Source: Octopus vulgaris
Taxonomy: Eukaryota
DNA: 64,000 nucleotides
Direction of reading: 5' to 3'
NCBI GenBank assembly: GCA_951406725.2
Contig: OX597820.1
Location: forward strand, 122,326,001-122,390,000
The notes under the pieces were generated by a model that did not search any database, had not been told where the DNA came from, and worked only from the letters and a program-made list of their open reading frames with translations. The first letter of the stretch is position 1. Each line of letters begins with the position of its first letter. Below, one piece after another: positions 1-13,242 of the stretch. A program made the position numbers and the translations under genes.

Positions 1-192
1 ATTGGCACAATGATTAGCATTTTATCTTGTTTTTACATTCTGACTTCAAATTCCACCATGGTTGACTTTGCCTTTCATCCTTTTGGGATCAATAAAATAA
101 ATGCAGGTTACGCACTGTACTCAATGCAATCGATAAATTCACTCCTCTGAAATTTCCGGCCTTGTGCCTATAGTAGAAAGGATTATTATTAT
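1..192 (+). mobile_element. SINE family B, diverged, cut by window edge
   Basis: ttcaaattccaccatggttgactttgcctttcatccttttggg ... ggccttgtgcctatagtagaaagg(att)n. Confidence 0.7.
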
Positions 193-1196
193 CATTTGTT
201 GTTGCTGTTTCATGGAATTGTTACTTTGCCTGTTCCAATTATTCTTCCTATCAAACCACAACTTGTGTTCTAGAATGTGGAGCATTTTGTGTCTTTTATA
301 GAAAATTATTTCCTGCCCTTCATGCTTGTTTTTACATACAGCTGAGGAGTTTTTGAATAGTTCTTGGTGAGCTACACTGTATTTACCCTGAAGTTAAAAA
401 TCAAATTTTTTCAAGGTTTGCTTTTTCCCTTTTTTTTTTTGTCACTTTTCTCGTGACATTATCATGATCCTATTAACTTCTCTGATCCAAACTTTGACAA
501 ATTCACACTTCATGTCAGTATAATGCTCTACCTTTGTTTTTCATTTCTTTTTACTCTAGTGACAAATGGTTATGTCATGATTATAACACTTAGATTCTTC
601 TTGTCAAAAGCTTCGATATTGGGTCTTTTGAATTCCTTTCTTAGTTTGTATAGGAAAATCCTCACTTCAATGTTTTCAATAACCTGCAATGTTTTCAGTC
701 ATCACAAAATGTTTATTGCTGGTCACTTTTGTATTTGCAAAACTTAACTTTGTGATAATTCCCGTACATTGTTGCAGCCATTTCATTATGTCTACACTTT
801 TTGTATTCATTCAGAGCTGCTATCAACAATCAACACTCATTAACCTCCTCCTCCTCCTCCTCCTTCTTCTTCTTCTTCTTCTTCTTCTTCTTCCTCCTCT
901 TCCTCCTTTTGGAATGGTAGTACAGAGCAAGACCTTTCTGTTCGTTGGCCTTTACCTTCTTCTGGCTCTGATGAGGAGGGAATCTTACTGCTTTCCTCAA
1001 AGCTGAAACTAGTGGTGCTCCTGTAACATCAGCTTCTAGGGATCTGCTCTTGTTGCTACTCCTGCTTCCTTTTTCCCCCCTGCTTTTCCATCCCTTCTGG
1101 ATAGAAAGGCCTTGAGTAACTCTTCTTTATCTGGCCTAGTCCCACTATCAGTTTCATTTCTTTCTTTTCTGCTCTCACAATGGAGTCTAGTTTGGC

Positions 1197-1441
1197 ATCA
1201 TCATCATCATCATTTAGCGTCCGCTTTCCATGCTAGCATGGGTTGGACGGTTCAACTGGGGTCTGTGAAGCCAGAAGGCTGCATCAGGCCCAGTCTGATC
1301 TGGCAGTGTTTCTACGGCTGGATGCCCTTCCTAACGCCAACCACTCCGTGAGTGTAGTGGGTGCTTTTTACGTGCCACACGCACAGGTGCCAGATGGGGC
1401 TGGCAAACGTCCACGGACGGATGATGCTTTTTACGTGCCAG
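1197..1441 (-). mobile_element. Retroposon family D (GGCGTTAGGAAGGGCATCCAGCC motif, (ATG)n tail)
   Basis: Near-identical to 44400-44568 in reverse. Diverged copies at ~8280-8420, ~54360-54570 and ~63140-63330. Confidence 0.8.
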
Positions 1442-2596
1442 TGAATTTTTTGTTGTTGTTGTTAGGACTTGCATATCTATACAGACACCACCCAAACACC
1501 TATAGTCATCACCACCTGTTCATACTGTACCTAAAAAAGGGATAACTGCTATTGTCTCCAGCTGTGTACCTATAGATTGTTGCAACTATTTGTAGGCAGG
1601 TATTTCTCCACTCGTTCTAGATTCTCAAAGACCAGATATCTCTGATCCATACTTTCTATCCCAATAGATGCTACACATTAACCAGAATTTCTGACAATTG
1701 TTCCTTTGGGCTTACCTGGAAGATTCCTTCAGTTTTCTGGAAAAAAAGACAAAATGCCCTGGTGTGATATTCCCATCTGTCAATATATTTCTTAGGCCCA
1801 ATCCTTTATATTTGTTTTCTCGGTATTGATCTGTACCCAAAGTATTTCTCAGTGTTTCGTGCTTCTATCAAACCTGTTGCTATTGCTCTGTCTTCTTGTC
1901 ATTAAGGTATTGGATTCTTCCTCATAAGATTAGAATTTCAATTCATAGACTGAGTAGAGCATTGTGGTCATGAGAAAACACTTTTTGCAAGTGGTCCCAT
2001 TCCCGTCACCTATAAATCTGTCCTGGTAATAGCTACGGGTCAGCCTTCCGCTTCACGAATATATTATATGCTAAATTACTGACAAATCATAGGAAGGTGG
2101 AATATGTTCTGGTCTAATACACCTGTAGATTTATGAAGGATCTAAGACTAAGTAAATACCAGTTGTAGTCTTTTTCATTTTATCTTTTTTATAAATCTGT
2201 GTTATTGATTAAAATATTTTTTCTATGGTGATGTAATCAACACTACTCTATTTGTTGCTTTTTCAATTCTCCGAGAAGAAGCCATTTTAATTAGCATTAA
2301 ACAACAATTTAAAAAAATAAATATATATCAGACCTTCGATCTTTTGTGCATCCCAGGTAATAGGGTAGATGGTAATGTCCCCAAATTCCTTATTTACAAA
2401 CCGAAACAAAAAAATGTTTCTTCCCATCGCATAAAGTATTGTAAAAAATATCACAAAGATTTCCACACACACTAATATATGACAACAACAACAACAATAC
2501 CAATAACAATAATAATAATAATAATAATAATAATCATAATAATGAAATTAATAATCCTAATAACCACAACCATAATTTTTTGTCATTTTCTTACAG

Positions 2597-2744
2597 ATGC
2601 TCAGCCAAGGTTCCCACGAACTGTTCCTCCTGCCAGACAAGGGTCAGTTGGACAGGGACAGTACCAACAAGTTTCAGGATCTGATTATCCCAGACACTTC
2701 CAGAATGGCGATCCTAATGCCATGAATCAAGCCACACTAGATAG
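2597..2744 (+). CDS. Ten-m: Teneurin internal exon, intracellular domain ((D)AQPRFPRTVPPARQGSVGQGQYQQVSGSDYPRHFQNGDPNAMNQATLDR)
   Basis: Acceptor ttttcttacag|AT and donor AG|gtaagg. The 148-nt exon is open in one frame (phase 1 in, phase 2 out) and joins the next exon as AG|A = Arg. The sequence is poorly conserved, so the call rests on splice sites and phase. Confidence 0.7.
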
Positions 2745-3182
2745 GTAAGGTTTTGTAGTATTTCAAAACAATTACTTTTTGAAGTCATTGATTTACGTGC
2801 AATGTTGCGGTGTGTGTGTGTGTGTGTGCAAATTGTGCATATGTAGTTCTATGTGTGTGTCTATGTTTGTATCTTTGTTAATTTCTGCATATTACTGAGT
2901 CTGTGTGTGTGTGTATATACATATATGTGAATATGTATGTACGTGTATGTGTGTGTGTGAGACTCTGCAACTGTATATATGTCTGTATGTATATTCACAT
3001 GTACACACACACACATAGTATATGCATATTTGTGTTTGTTTTTCACAATGTTGCAAGAATGAGTATGGATCTGTAGTCCTTTACCTAATTGGATTGATAT
3101 TAAACATTTTTTTTACCAGTCATCCACCTTTAGTATCAAAGTAGGCTGTACATTTACACACACACAAGCAAAATACAGGACA

Positions 3183-3227
3183 GCTGTGAGCATGTGTTTC
3201 TGCCTCAGTAGACATCATCAGCACATC
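3183..3227 (-). ncRNA. Degenerate minimal type I hammerhead ribozyme motif
   Basis: Minus strand reads gatgtg-CTGATGA-TGTCT-actg-AGGCA-GAAA-C-acat-G-c-t-cacagc. The core is canonical, stem II has 5 bp and stem I is TGTG/CACA. U16.1 is replaced by C, so it is probably inactive. Confidence 0.5.
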
Positions 3228-3913
3228 ATTCTCCTACTTTGACACCTTCCAGGTCTCTAATAAAGTTCCACTATTAAAATCCCTATACTTGTAACTTTGT
3301 GAGTTTGCGTAATAAATCACCACCACCACCACTACCACCACTTCTACTACTACTACTGACTAATTAACACTACTACCACCGCCACTGCCACCACGTATTA
3401 GTAGACTATATTGTACTCTTGTTTCTAGTCCTGCTAAAAGGTGTAATCTCTTCTCACTCTACGTTAATTACTTGGCCTGTTTTAATCTCATTGATTTTCT
3501 TTCCCCCTCACTGTTGTCTCTCACTCTATCTCTCTCCTTCCCCCTTCATCTCTCTCTCTCTCTCATCTCCCCTCTCTCTTTCACATCATTCTCCCCCTCT
3601 CTCTCTTCCTCATACCATACACCTTAGTTCTCATCATTCTCACCTCCTCTGCTCCACGGCTCTCTTCTCTGGTCCAGGTAGAAAAGTTCTTCGGTACAAA
3701 TGGCACGAACCAGATGTTGGATCAATTAATTCATTAGACGAGGAAGTCTTCTTCTTCTTCTCCTTCTTCTTCTCCTCCTCCTCCGTTTTGATAATTGTGA
3801 GATTGTGGACATAGCAAAGGTGAATGCTGGAGGTATGTTGCGGTAAAGAAGGGGGATGAAAAAAAAGATGGCCATTAAACATTCAAACAAGTGTGTGTGT
3901 ATATATATATATA

Positions 3914-4297
3914 GGCGTAAGAGTGGCTGTGTGGTAAGTAGCTTGCTTACCAGCCACATGGTTCCGGGTTCAGTCTCACTGCGTGGCACCTTGGGCAAAT
4001 GTCTTCTACTGCAGCCTCAGGCCAACCAAAGCCTTCAGAGTGGATTTGGTAGACGGAAACTGAAAGAAGTCCGTCGTATATATGTATACATATGTATGTG
4101 TGTGTGTATGTGTTTGTCTCCCCCAACATCGCTTGATGCTGGTGTGTATACGTCCCCGTAACTTAGCGGTTTGACAAAAGAGACTGATAGAATAAGTACT
4201 AGGCTTACAAAGAATAAGTCCTGGGGTCGATTTGCTTGACTAAAGGCATTGCTCGAACATAGCCACAGTCAAATGACTGAAACGAGTAAAAGAGTAA
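3914..4297 (+). mobile_element. tRNA-derived SINE, family A (CORE-like CCTTGGGCAAG, internal TA/TG microsatellite, GAGTAAAA tail)
   Basis: A-box TGGCTGTGTGG, B-box-like GGTTCAGTC. At least 9 similar copies in the window. Confidence 0.85.
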
Positions 4298-4607
4298 AAA
4301 AAAAAAAAAAAGAGTATATATATATATATATATAAATATATATATAATGAGAAAGAGTGTGAGGAAGAGAGAGAGAGCAGGGGACAGGCAGACAGATGCT
4401 GAAAATATGGAAATAAAACATGTGTAGTGATGCAGCATATTTTGGGAATGTGTAAATGAAAAGTGGGGCCCGAGAGAAAGTATAAAAAGAGAAAGATTGG
4501 GAGAAATAACAATGAGAATAGCAAGCTTAGCTGCAAGTAAATTAACAGTAAAACCCATTATAGGGAAATGTTTTGGAAAAATTCAAATGAGAGAGATAGA
4601 GGCAGAC

Positions 4608-4610
4608 AGA

Positions 4611-4657
<47 letters not shown>

Positions 4658-4835
4658 ATATATATATATATATACCTTATATATATATTTGTATATATTT
4701 GTATGTATATATATTTGTATGTATATATGTATATGTATATATTTGTATGTATATATATGTATATATATATATTTGTATGTATATATATTTGTATGTATAT
4801 GTATATATATATTTGTATGTATATGTATATGTATA

Positions 4836-4866
<31 letters not shown>

Positions 4867-5233
4867 TTGTATGTATATATATATTTGTATGTATATATAT
4901 ATATATATATATTTGTATGTATATATATATATGTATGTATATGTATGTATATATATATATGTATATATATATATGTATATATATATATGTATTTGTATGT
5001 ATATATATGTATATATATATATTTGTATGTATATATATGTATATATATATATTTGTATATATATATGTATATATATATATTTGTATGTATATATATGTAT
5101 ATATATATATTTGTATGTATATATATGTATATATATATATTTGTATGTATATATATGTATATATATATATTTGTATGTATATATATGTATATATATATAT
5201 TTGTATGTATATATATATATTTGTATGTATATA

Positions 5234-5274
<41 letters not shown>

Positions 5275-5297
5275 ATATATGTATATATATTTGTATG

Positions 5298-5334
<37 letters not shown>

Positions 5335-5346
5335 ATAGAGAGAGAG
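4608..5346. repeat. Compound microsatellite (TATC)n/(TA)n with TTTGTATG higher-order units
   Basis: Direct inspection. Similar tracts at 22930-23200, 23940-24750 and 27020-27290. Confidence 0.95.
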
Positions 5347-6133
5347 ATGTGAAAAGAGGAGGTGCGGAATATAATAAGTACCTTGCAGTAAAAACTATTA
5401 TAGATTTTATTTCTTCTTCTTTTATATTGACTGCAAAGATTGAAGATGAGGGAGAAGCATCCTATTGAAATAGGGATAAAATATATTAGCAAATGGCGTT
5501 AGTGTGATATAATAAAATTTACATTACAAGTGTTGTTACGAATGTTTGTATGTTTTACTTTCTATTATTTTACTTTTTGTCTTTTATACCTAGATCTATG
5601 TTTAGTGCCTTCTGGCTCCAATGTAATCACTTTTATATATTGAAAGAGTTTCATGTATTCAGTCTATGCAAAGTGCCCTGTATTTGATGTATGCTATGGT
5701 TTTGGTAATTTTTCTGCTGTGAGTGTAAAACTCGTGTGCCTTGGGCTTTCATTTTGCTTCTACATTTATGTTTTCCCCGAGTCCTAACACCTCTCTTCAT
5801 TATTATTACAATAGTTTCTACTTTCATACTCACATCTTTTCACCCTTATGTTTTGATGGCTTTGTCAGATACTTTCTCTCACTCTCTCTCTCTCTCTCTC
5901 ACTTTCTCTCCCCCTTTCTCTCTCTCTCTCTCTCTCTACATACATATGCGTACCGCCCACTGAGTCTGAGATTAGTACCTAATGACAGACTGGAGTAAGA
6001 TGACCAACAGCCAAGTGAAACCCAGAAGTTTTACATCACATGGTTCCTCTTCTAGAAGGATGCTATCCTTACAGGATACACACACTAATGCCCATTCCTT
6101 TCCATTACAGGGGCTTATATGCCCTAATCTTAA

Positions 6134-6354
6134 CCCTTTTGATACCAACCTGCCTGAAACCACCTCTGGCTCTGTACTACAAATGTCTTGTTTTCAAAAG
6201 TTCTGAATTAAAATCTTCCACCAAACCTTAATCACATTTTATGTTCCTAACACCAGCTGAATGAAAACTAAGTTATTTTACTAAATTCTTTGTTATATTT
6301 AAATTAATTGAAAGAAATAGAGAGCTTCTCAACAGAAATATGGTAACAAAAGGG
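6134..6354. mobile_element. piggyBac-like MITE (TTAA TSD, CCCTTTTG.TACCA TIRs)
   Basis: TTAA|CCCTTTTGATACCA ... TGGTAACAAAAGGG|TTAA. Confidence 0.85.
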
Positions 6355-7738
6355 TTAAATATTTTTCTACAGTCAATATACTGTGAAGGCTTATAATTCT
6401 ATTTACAGAATTTCAGTCGCCTTTGTATACAGTGTATATGTCCCTTCTTTTTCATTGTATGCTGCGTAAACTTACGGTTTTCTTATAATCATTTTATCAT
6501 TTCATTACAAGTAACTTCCCACACTTTATGTTTGTCTTTGTATTGCCCCTCACATCCTTTGCCCTGGTAGCAAATAAACGAAATCATTATTATCATCATG
6601 TTTGTTGTTGTTGTTGTTGTTAGGATGGGAGATAGACTGAACTGGGATAAACCACTTAGTGGGATTTGTTGCAGTTTGTGTTGGATTCAAATCTCACTGA
6701 GACCAACTTTACCTTCCATCTCCCAGGGTCGACAAAATAAAGTTCCAGCAAAATAATGAGACTCATTTGAATGGCTAAAACCATTTCCTTCAAATTGTTT
6801 GCGTCGAAAGTAGAAACACTTATTTTTGCTTAAAGAAGATATTTTTGGCATTCACCACAACTTAAAACATTATTATCATTAATATTCTGGATATTATGGA
6901 TATTTTCATTACCATAATAGCTGCTGATTCTGTGACAATTCTTGTTACTATTGATATTAATTTCCCTTGCCTTTCCATCATTCTTTCTGCTATCTTTATT
7001 CCTGCTATTGTTTCTTTCCATTTATTATTTGCATGATAATCTCACCTTAGAGTTAACTCATTAATGGTATCCTACTGTTTCCAGCATCCTGCTGTTTTCT
7101 AGTCTTTGTTGGTTAGCATCATTGTTCTCATTAGCATAACTAGCTTTATTGTCACTGGTAACGGCAACATCATCTAAGTTTCTGGGGTTTTTTTTGGGTT
7201 TTTTTTGGGGTTTTTTTTTGGTTTTGTCATGTTTCTCTAACAAGTATTTGTTGTTGGTTTATAAGATGTTGCTGGTAACAGCAATGATGATGATGTTGAT
7301 CATGGGTGTGTTGATGGAGTGGATGAAGATTATCATGATATTGTTTGCTGTTTAAGACTTGTAACTATTGTTCTAATTTAGCAGATGGGCGTTTGCATTT
7401 GTGCATGTATATATATACACACACACACACATGCATACGCGCTCACACATACACATTCAAATATTGACATTCCTACAAACACACACACACGTGTGTGTTT
7501 GTAGATTTGCATATATTCTATCATTTATTGATGACATTTATTCACCTGTTGCTAACGTTCATAATATCAATTCAATTAGTGTTGAATGTGTTTTGTTTAT
7601 GTTTTTTTATACAAGAGGAAGAAAAAGGATGTCTCTTCATGTATTTGAATATGTGTGCCTCTCTGTCGACAGTGCTGTAGCTATATTTATTTTCAAACAT
7701 GTATGTCAGTATAGCAAGCTGTATGTTTCAGTGGGTGG

Positions 7739-7781
<43 letters not shown>

Positions 7782-8086
7782 GAATGAACTTCAGAAGTAC
7801 TTTAAATGTTCCAGATTATTAACTTTAACTCTTGGGTTTCCAGATTATTACATTCTAATCAGTGGATTCATCTTTAGGAAAACTTTATTTTCACTCACTC
7901 ACTTACCCTCTCTTTCTCTCTCTCTCGCACACACACACACAAACACATACAAAATACACACACACACACACAAAATACACACACACACACACACACACAC
8001 CTGTATATACATATATATACCGGAGTAAACACATAAATGTGAAACAAGGTGGAAAAAAGAGTACTCAAATACCAGTGGTAGAGTAA

Positions 8087-8230
8087 TATACTTTATTTAA
8101 CAAAACCTGTTACTCTGAGTTTCCCGTTCCCGTTCGTCGGACAGTTTTTCAAAAACTGTCCGACGAACGGGAACGTGAAACTCAGAGTAACAGGTTTTGT
8201 TGAATTTTCTGCTGCTTTAAATAAAGTATA
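8087..8230. mobile_element. Fold-back element with hammerhead-like motif (Penelope-like terminal remnant)
   Basis: Arms 8099-8149 and 8151-8201 are reverse complements with 1 mismatch. The + arm reads CTGT-CCGACGA-ACG-GGAA-CGT-GAAA-CTC-A-GAG-TA-ACAG, followed by AATAAA at 8220. Confidence 0.6.
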
Positions 8231-8432
8231 CATATGTATATAAATAGATGTGTGTATTTTACCCTTGTTTACATGCCAGTTACTTGGCAACCTCACCAGT
8301 GCCAGTGGTGGCATGAAAAAAGAAACCATATCAAAAGCTGCCACTGAAGTTTCATCTAGTCCCGTGGCTCAGCAGATGTCCAACTCATGACAGCATAGAA
8401 AATGGATGCTTAATGATGATATATATATATAA

Positions 8433-8465
<33 letters not shown>

Positions 8466-8546
8466 ACATACATAACACATATATATATATATATATATAG
8501 ATATAACGTACATACACATATATATAACATACATACATACATACAT

Positions 8547-8582
<36 letters not shown>

Positions 8583-10294
8583 CATACATACAGTATAGCA
8601 CATTCTCCCTTACTTACACAAACACACCCACACCCAAATGTTCCCAAGTGTTGGTTTAACTAAGAACCTTTATTTTTAATGCAATAATTGAAGATGAAGT
8701 TGATAATCTGAAGAACTTTGAATTATTTCTGTAGTCAATTTATTTGAAGAATTTATACGTATTGATGTTGTTTAATTTGTTTTTTATCCCCACAAATTAT
8801 GTTTTAACTATGATTCTTCCCATGTATTTTTTGTTTCACATCCTTCCCTGTATATTTTCGTTTTTATTTGCATTCTTATATTTATTTATAACCACAATAC
8901 TCCCACACATATCCTTTCCTTGAACACACACACGCACACACACACACACACTGTTTTGATGATCAACAATGTCCTACAGCCGAGTAGATATTTGTCTTTC
9001 TTTCTCTTCCTTTCATTTCATCATTCTAAATTCTAGCTGTCAAGCAGCACTTCCATACAATAGTACAAACTATTATTAGATTAATATAAATTGCATTCTA
9101 CCGATAATAAATCTACACCCTTATTTCAAACTAGCTTCTTTATTTATTTTAAACTAAGACTTCCAAATAAATATCAATGCTACAAAACCTCCCTCTTCAT
9201 ATTTTTTTCTAAATTTCTCTGCTTCAGTGACACCTGATTTTAGATCCAAAATTGACAGATTGTTTTAAGATTCAATATATTATGAGTAGAATTATTTTGC
9301 TATATTGGCCTCACTTTCACCTAGCTTTTGAGGAGAATACTCGTCTGGGTGTTTTACCTTCTGGTAGAATGTTTATCTTTTGTCCACTTAACTCTGTGAC
9401 ACTGTACCCAAATACGAGTCCATAAATTCTCTCTAAATTTTTTAGTGGTATTCTGCAATTTCAAATGTTGAGATCAAACTTACATTTGCAACTTGCTCAA
9501 ATATTTATCCACTTTTTGCATTAATGTCAACCCATCTGCTTTACTCTATTCTTCAAATCTCAGAGTATGTTGTTACTGCATTACATAGATTGGCAAAAAC
9601 TAATTGAATTGAACAGAGTGATTCTCATTTTTATTTTACAGAATTTCAGATAATACCGTTATTGTATTTTCTCCTTTCATCTATAGCAGTAGCAGGAGGT
9701 TTTATTTTCTATGGGTTCTTCTGGAGTTGTAGGGCATTTTATTTATTTATTTTTTTTGTAGTTATTTTTTCTCATTTCACATGAAAGCTAGCCCCATTTA
9801 TTTTAAGTACAGATCGTACATAACCAGAAGAACCTAATAATAGATTATTTAGTTTCATTTAGCTTGGTCACTTGACCCTATTAACCATAATTGCTATAAT
9901 GAATTAGGTTAGGATTTAATTTAAATTGTAATATTGAGGTAGTTTAGTTCAATATTCATGAGCTAAAATATTTAATTTCATCACTGTGATGTGGCTTTTA
10001 ATTTTATCAAAATCTTAATGATGCTTATTCATTTCACAGTTAATAAGTGACAAAAAATAAGTACATTAAGATATTTTCAATCGATTGGATCTAATTTCTA
10101 TGAACTTGATCCTTCTACGGCAAATTTTCTTATTTTGATGTCAAGCCTTATCCTGTTGCGTATCTATATCTGCATTTGCATATAAATATATGCACATGTG
10201 TGATGTTTTAATATATTTTTATTGATTTTATTCTACGAGTATAATTATACATATAGGTACACTATATGATTTTTGAGTTACAATGAATTATACA

Positions 10295-10670
10295 TAGAAC
10301 AGATATGTGGCCCCTCACAAAAGGCCCTGGCAAAGAGGATCAGCAACTTCAGTAGCAGAGCCCTGAGCACCATTGAAAACATCAGACGGTTCAACAAAGA
10401 ACCTCGTGTCTCATTACTATGTGTCAAATACACTGACACAGACATGTTCTCTGTCTCCCACCAGATCATCCAGCGGGGGCTTTACTCTCATTTGCCACAA
10501 TAGCTTTGGGGCTGGAAGAGGCCTTGCAACAGGCCCCACACTAGGTGGCTGGAGAATGCAGAGGGGCTGGCATAGGCCCACCAGCAATGGAGAGCACTGG
10601 TTGGCTCTATGCATAATGATGTCTTTGGGACCACCCCCGGCTTCACCGAGCAAGGATATGAAATGAAGCT
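10295..10670 (+). mobile_element. RTE-clade LINE 3' remnant
   Basis: Frameshifted WPL...LAKRISNFSSRALSTIENIR and GWKRPCNRPHTRWL, resembling the RTE GWKRPRGRP.TRW C-terminus. Confidence 0.6.
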
Positions 10671-11452
10671 TAAAACGAAAATTTACAATAAAACTAAAAA
10701 AGAAAAATCATAACACCATCCGAAGAAGGATGTCTTCATTAATATGAATGCAAAATAAGGGTCTTAGGTGTGGGCCATTTGATGTTTTATAGTTAGAAGC
10801 AGGTAAATAGTTTGGTAAATAGAATAACAATTACCCTTAGCTATTTCTATAATCCTAATTGCTGTCTTCTTTTCATATTTAAGTAAATCTTTTATATTTT
10901 GATTTTTATCATTATGAGGTAAATCTAAAATTCTTTACTTAGCAGCCCTCATATAATACTATTCTCAAAACTTATGTATTTGAGAATGGGTAAAGGATTT
11001 TAAGTGAAAGTACTGTTTGTAACCATGGCAACAATGGGTAGTGACAATATGCTGACAGAGGACTCAATAAACCAAAAATAAGTTAAAGATATTGATCCAT
11101 TTTTTAAGTGATTGATTTTAGTAATTTTTTCCTTAAGCCTACTTAGTGCTCTATCTCTATCTTAGTTGTGTTCTTATATTATTTGCTGTTCCATTCTGAC
11201 TCTCACCTTTGCTATCATTGGCAAACATCTATCACCACTAGTCCCCTTTATCACCTTTCTCCTTAATTAATCACCCTTTAGAATCAGTTTTATATCCCAA
11301 CTTTTTATTTTCTTGGTACTTTGTTCGTTTCTTTTTGTACTTTCTTTCCCTGTGAAACTGTTTGATCTTACTCTTTCAATCTCCTCTTTCTGGCTCTGTG
11401 GCCCACCCACTCCCCCCTCTTCCGGTTGTTGTCATTGTTGTTGTTGTTGCAG

Positions 11453-11667
11453 ACACACTTACACGTTCCCCCAGTTTGCTGCCACAGCGACAACGGTGAC
11501 AACATACCCTCCACCACCTCAGGACTATACAGTATGTTATTCCAAATTTAGCAACGCCAGCCATCGGGTTAAGAAACAGTTAAAGCAACGCTGCAGTTGG
11601 AAGTGTATGGCCTTGCTCCTGCTTATCATCTCGGTCGCTTTACTTGCCTGTGTAGCCTATTTTGCAG
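11453..11667 (+). CDS. Ten-m: Teneurin exon: Pro-rich end of intracellular domain plus transmembrane helix
   Basis: ttgttgcag|A ... GCAG|gtatgt. Encodes HTYTFPQFAATATTVTTYPPPPQDYTVCYSKFSNASHRVKKQLKQRCSWKCMALLLLIISVALLACVAYFA. CSWKC followed by a hydrophobic helix ending in AYF is the teneurin juxtamembrane/TM signature. Phase 2 to 1. Confidence 0.95.
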
Positions 11668-11834
11668 GTATGTATTCAAATTTAATATTATTCAACTTTT
11701 TCTTTTTTCCATTTTGAATGTTTTTACTGTCAATACTTCATTTAAGGAATTTTCACTCATCTAAAATCCACTCATTATATGCACTTAAACATCATCACAG
11801 CAAACTAACAAAACGCTTATTAATCTTACAATGT

Positions 11835-11835
<1 letters not shown>

Positions 11836-11925
<90 letters not shown>
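11836..11925. repeat. (CT)n microsatellite (another at ~14370-14497)
   Basis: Direct inspection. Confidence 0.95.
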
Positions 11926-11928
<3 letters not shown>

Positions 11929-12830
11929 TACTCACTACAGCTATTTGCAGCAATTTAGATTGTAGTGGAAGTTAACTGTTGTATAGATGCTTCCTCATAT
12001 TGCAGTGACAGAATCTGAACCATCAATACAACGGTCTGCAGTTTGACACACACCTAACTCATTGATAACTATTTGTAATGGGTCGGTTATTGACTGTGTT
12101 TATCTTAATGTTGACAGCACTGGTGTTCAGCTAAAATCCTGAAAGTTACACTTCCTATATAATGTTAGCTAATAAATCTATAGCACTCAGATGTCTATCT
12201 CGTATATTTAAAATGAGTTAATATGGAACTAATTGCACGGTTCCCCTATTCATAGGAGAAAACCAACATGAGCTTGTTTTCTAATAGTTATTTATTTATG
12301 GTTTTTTTTTGGTTTTTTGGGGGGTTTTTTTTGTCATATTTCCTTTAACACTAATAGTCATGACGAGATTACTTTCAGATTCTAAGTGAAAATATATTAA
12401 TAGCTGTAGTGATAATATTTATGAAATAAACAATTTTATGTACATTGGAAATTTTCACTTTGAATGTTTTGTATTGAAAGCAGTGTATATTTTTATATAA
12501 CTTTTATTTCTAGATCATTGTGTGTGTGTGTGGTCTTTTTTTTTATATTTTACTTGTTTCAACCTGCTAGGATACGACTATGCTAAGTTACTGCCATTAA
12601 TGTCATCACGGAAAGATACACATGGAATCGTTACTCATATTGATTCCAAGGTGACACACTGATTGTAAATCTAAGTTTGCAATCACTTCTGGTCCTCTGT
12701 CTCCTGACTGCAACAAATTAATTGACTGATAAAAGAATGCTTGAAATTTTCTAACATTGCTGGAGCTCACTTCTATATTGCTTTTAAGTTTTGCAGTAAG
12801 TTTATGATAATCTTTGATTGTCTGTGATTT

Positions 12831-13242
12831 ACTCTTACTCTTTTACTCTTTTCAGTCATTTGACTGCGGTCATGCTGGAGCACTGCCTTTAGTCGAGCAA
12901 ATCGACCCCGGGACTTATTCTTTGTAAGCCCAGTACTTATTCTATCGGTCTCTTTTGCCGAACCACTAAGTGATGGGGACGTAAACACACCAGCATCGGT
13001 TGTCAAGCAATGCTAGGGGGACAAACACAGATACACAAACACACACACACGCATATATATATATACATATACATATATACGACGGGCTTCTTTCAGTTTC
13101 CATCTACCAAATCCACTCACAAGGTATTGGTCGGCCCGGGGCTATAGTAGAAGACACTTGCCCAAGATGCCACGCAGTGGGACTGAACCCGGAACCATGT
13201 GGTTGGTTAGCAAGCTACTTACCACACAGCCACTCCTGCGCC
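12831..13242 (-). mobile_element. SINE family A, full length
   Basis: Reverse complement of the 3914 copy. Confidence 0.85.

Noticed and set aside
1470-2100. Possible minus-strand LINE endonuclease remnant (similar weak LINE traces at ~13.3-13.7, ~39.6-40.1 and ~54.9-55.4 kb)
   Set aside because: Only faint, stop-ridden motif similarity; too decayed to call without a database search.
2597-2724. ATG at the first base of the first exon as gene start
   Set aside because: That frame closes at TGA near 2722-2724. The exon has a normal acceptor and the productive frame is phase 1, so the start lies upstream of the window.
3678-3832. Candidate exon after a pyrimidine tract (ggtccag|GTAG) with downstream gtatgt donor
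   Set aside because: Splicing from 2744 gives AGG TAG, an immediate stop, and the other two frames also stop before the donors.
4497-5492. Long ORFs up to 323 aa rich in Y/I/C/V/M (also 22.9-24.8 kb and 27 kb)
   Set aside because: Translations of stop-free TA/TG microsatellites, open in several frames on both strands.
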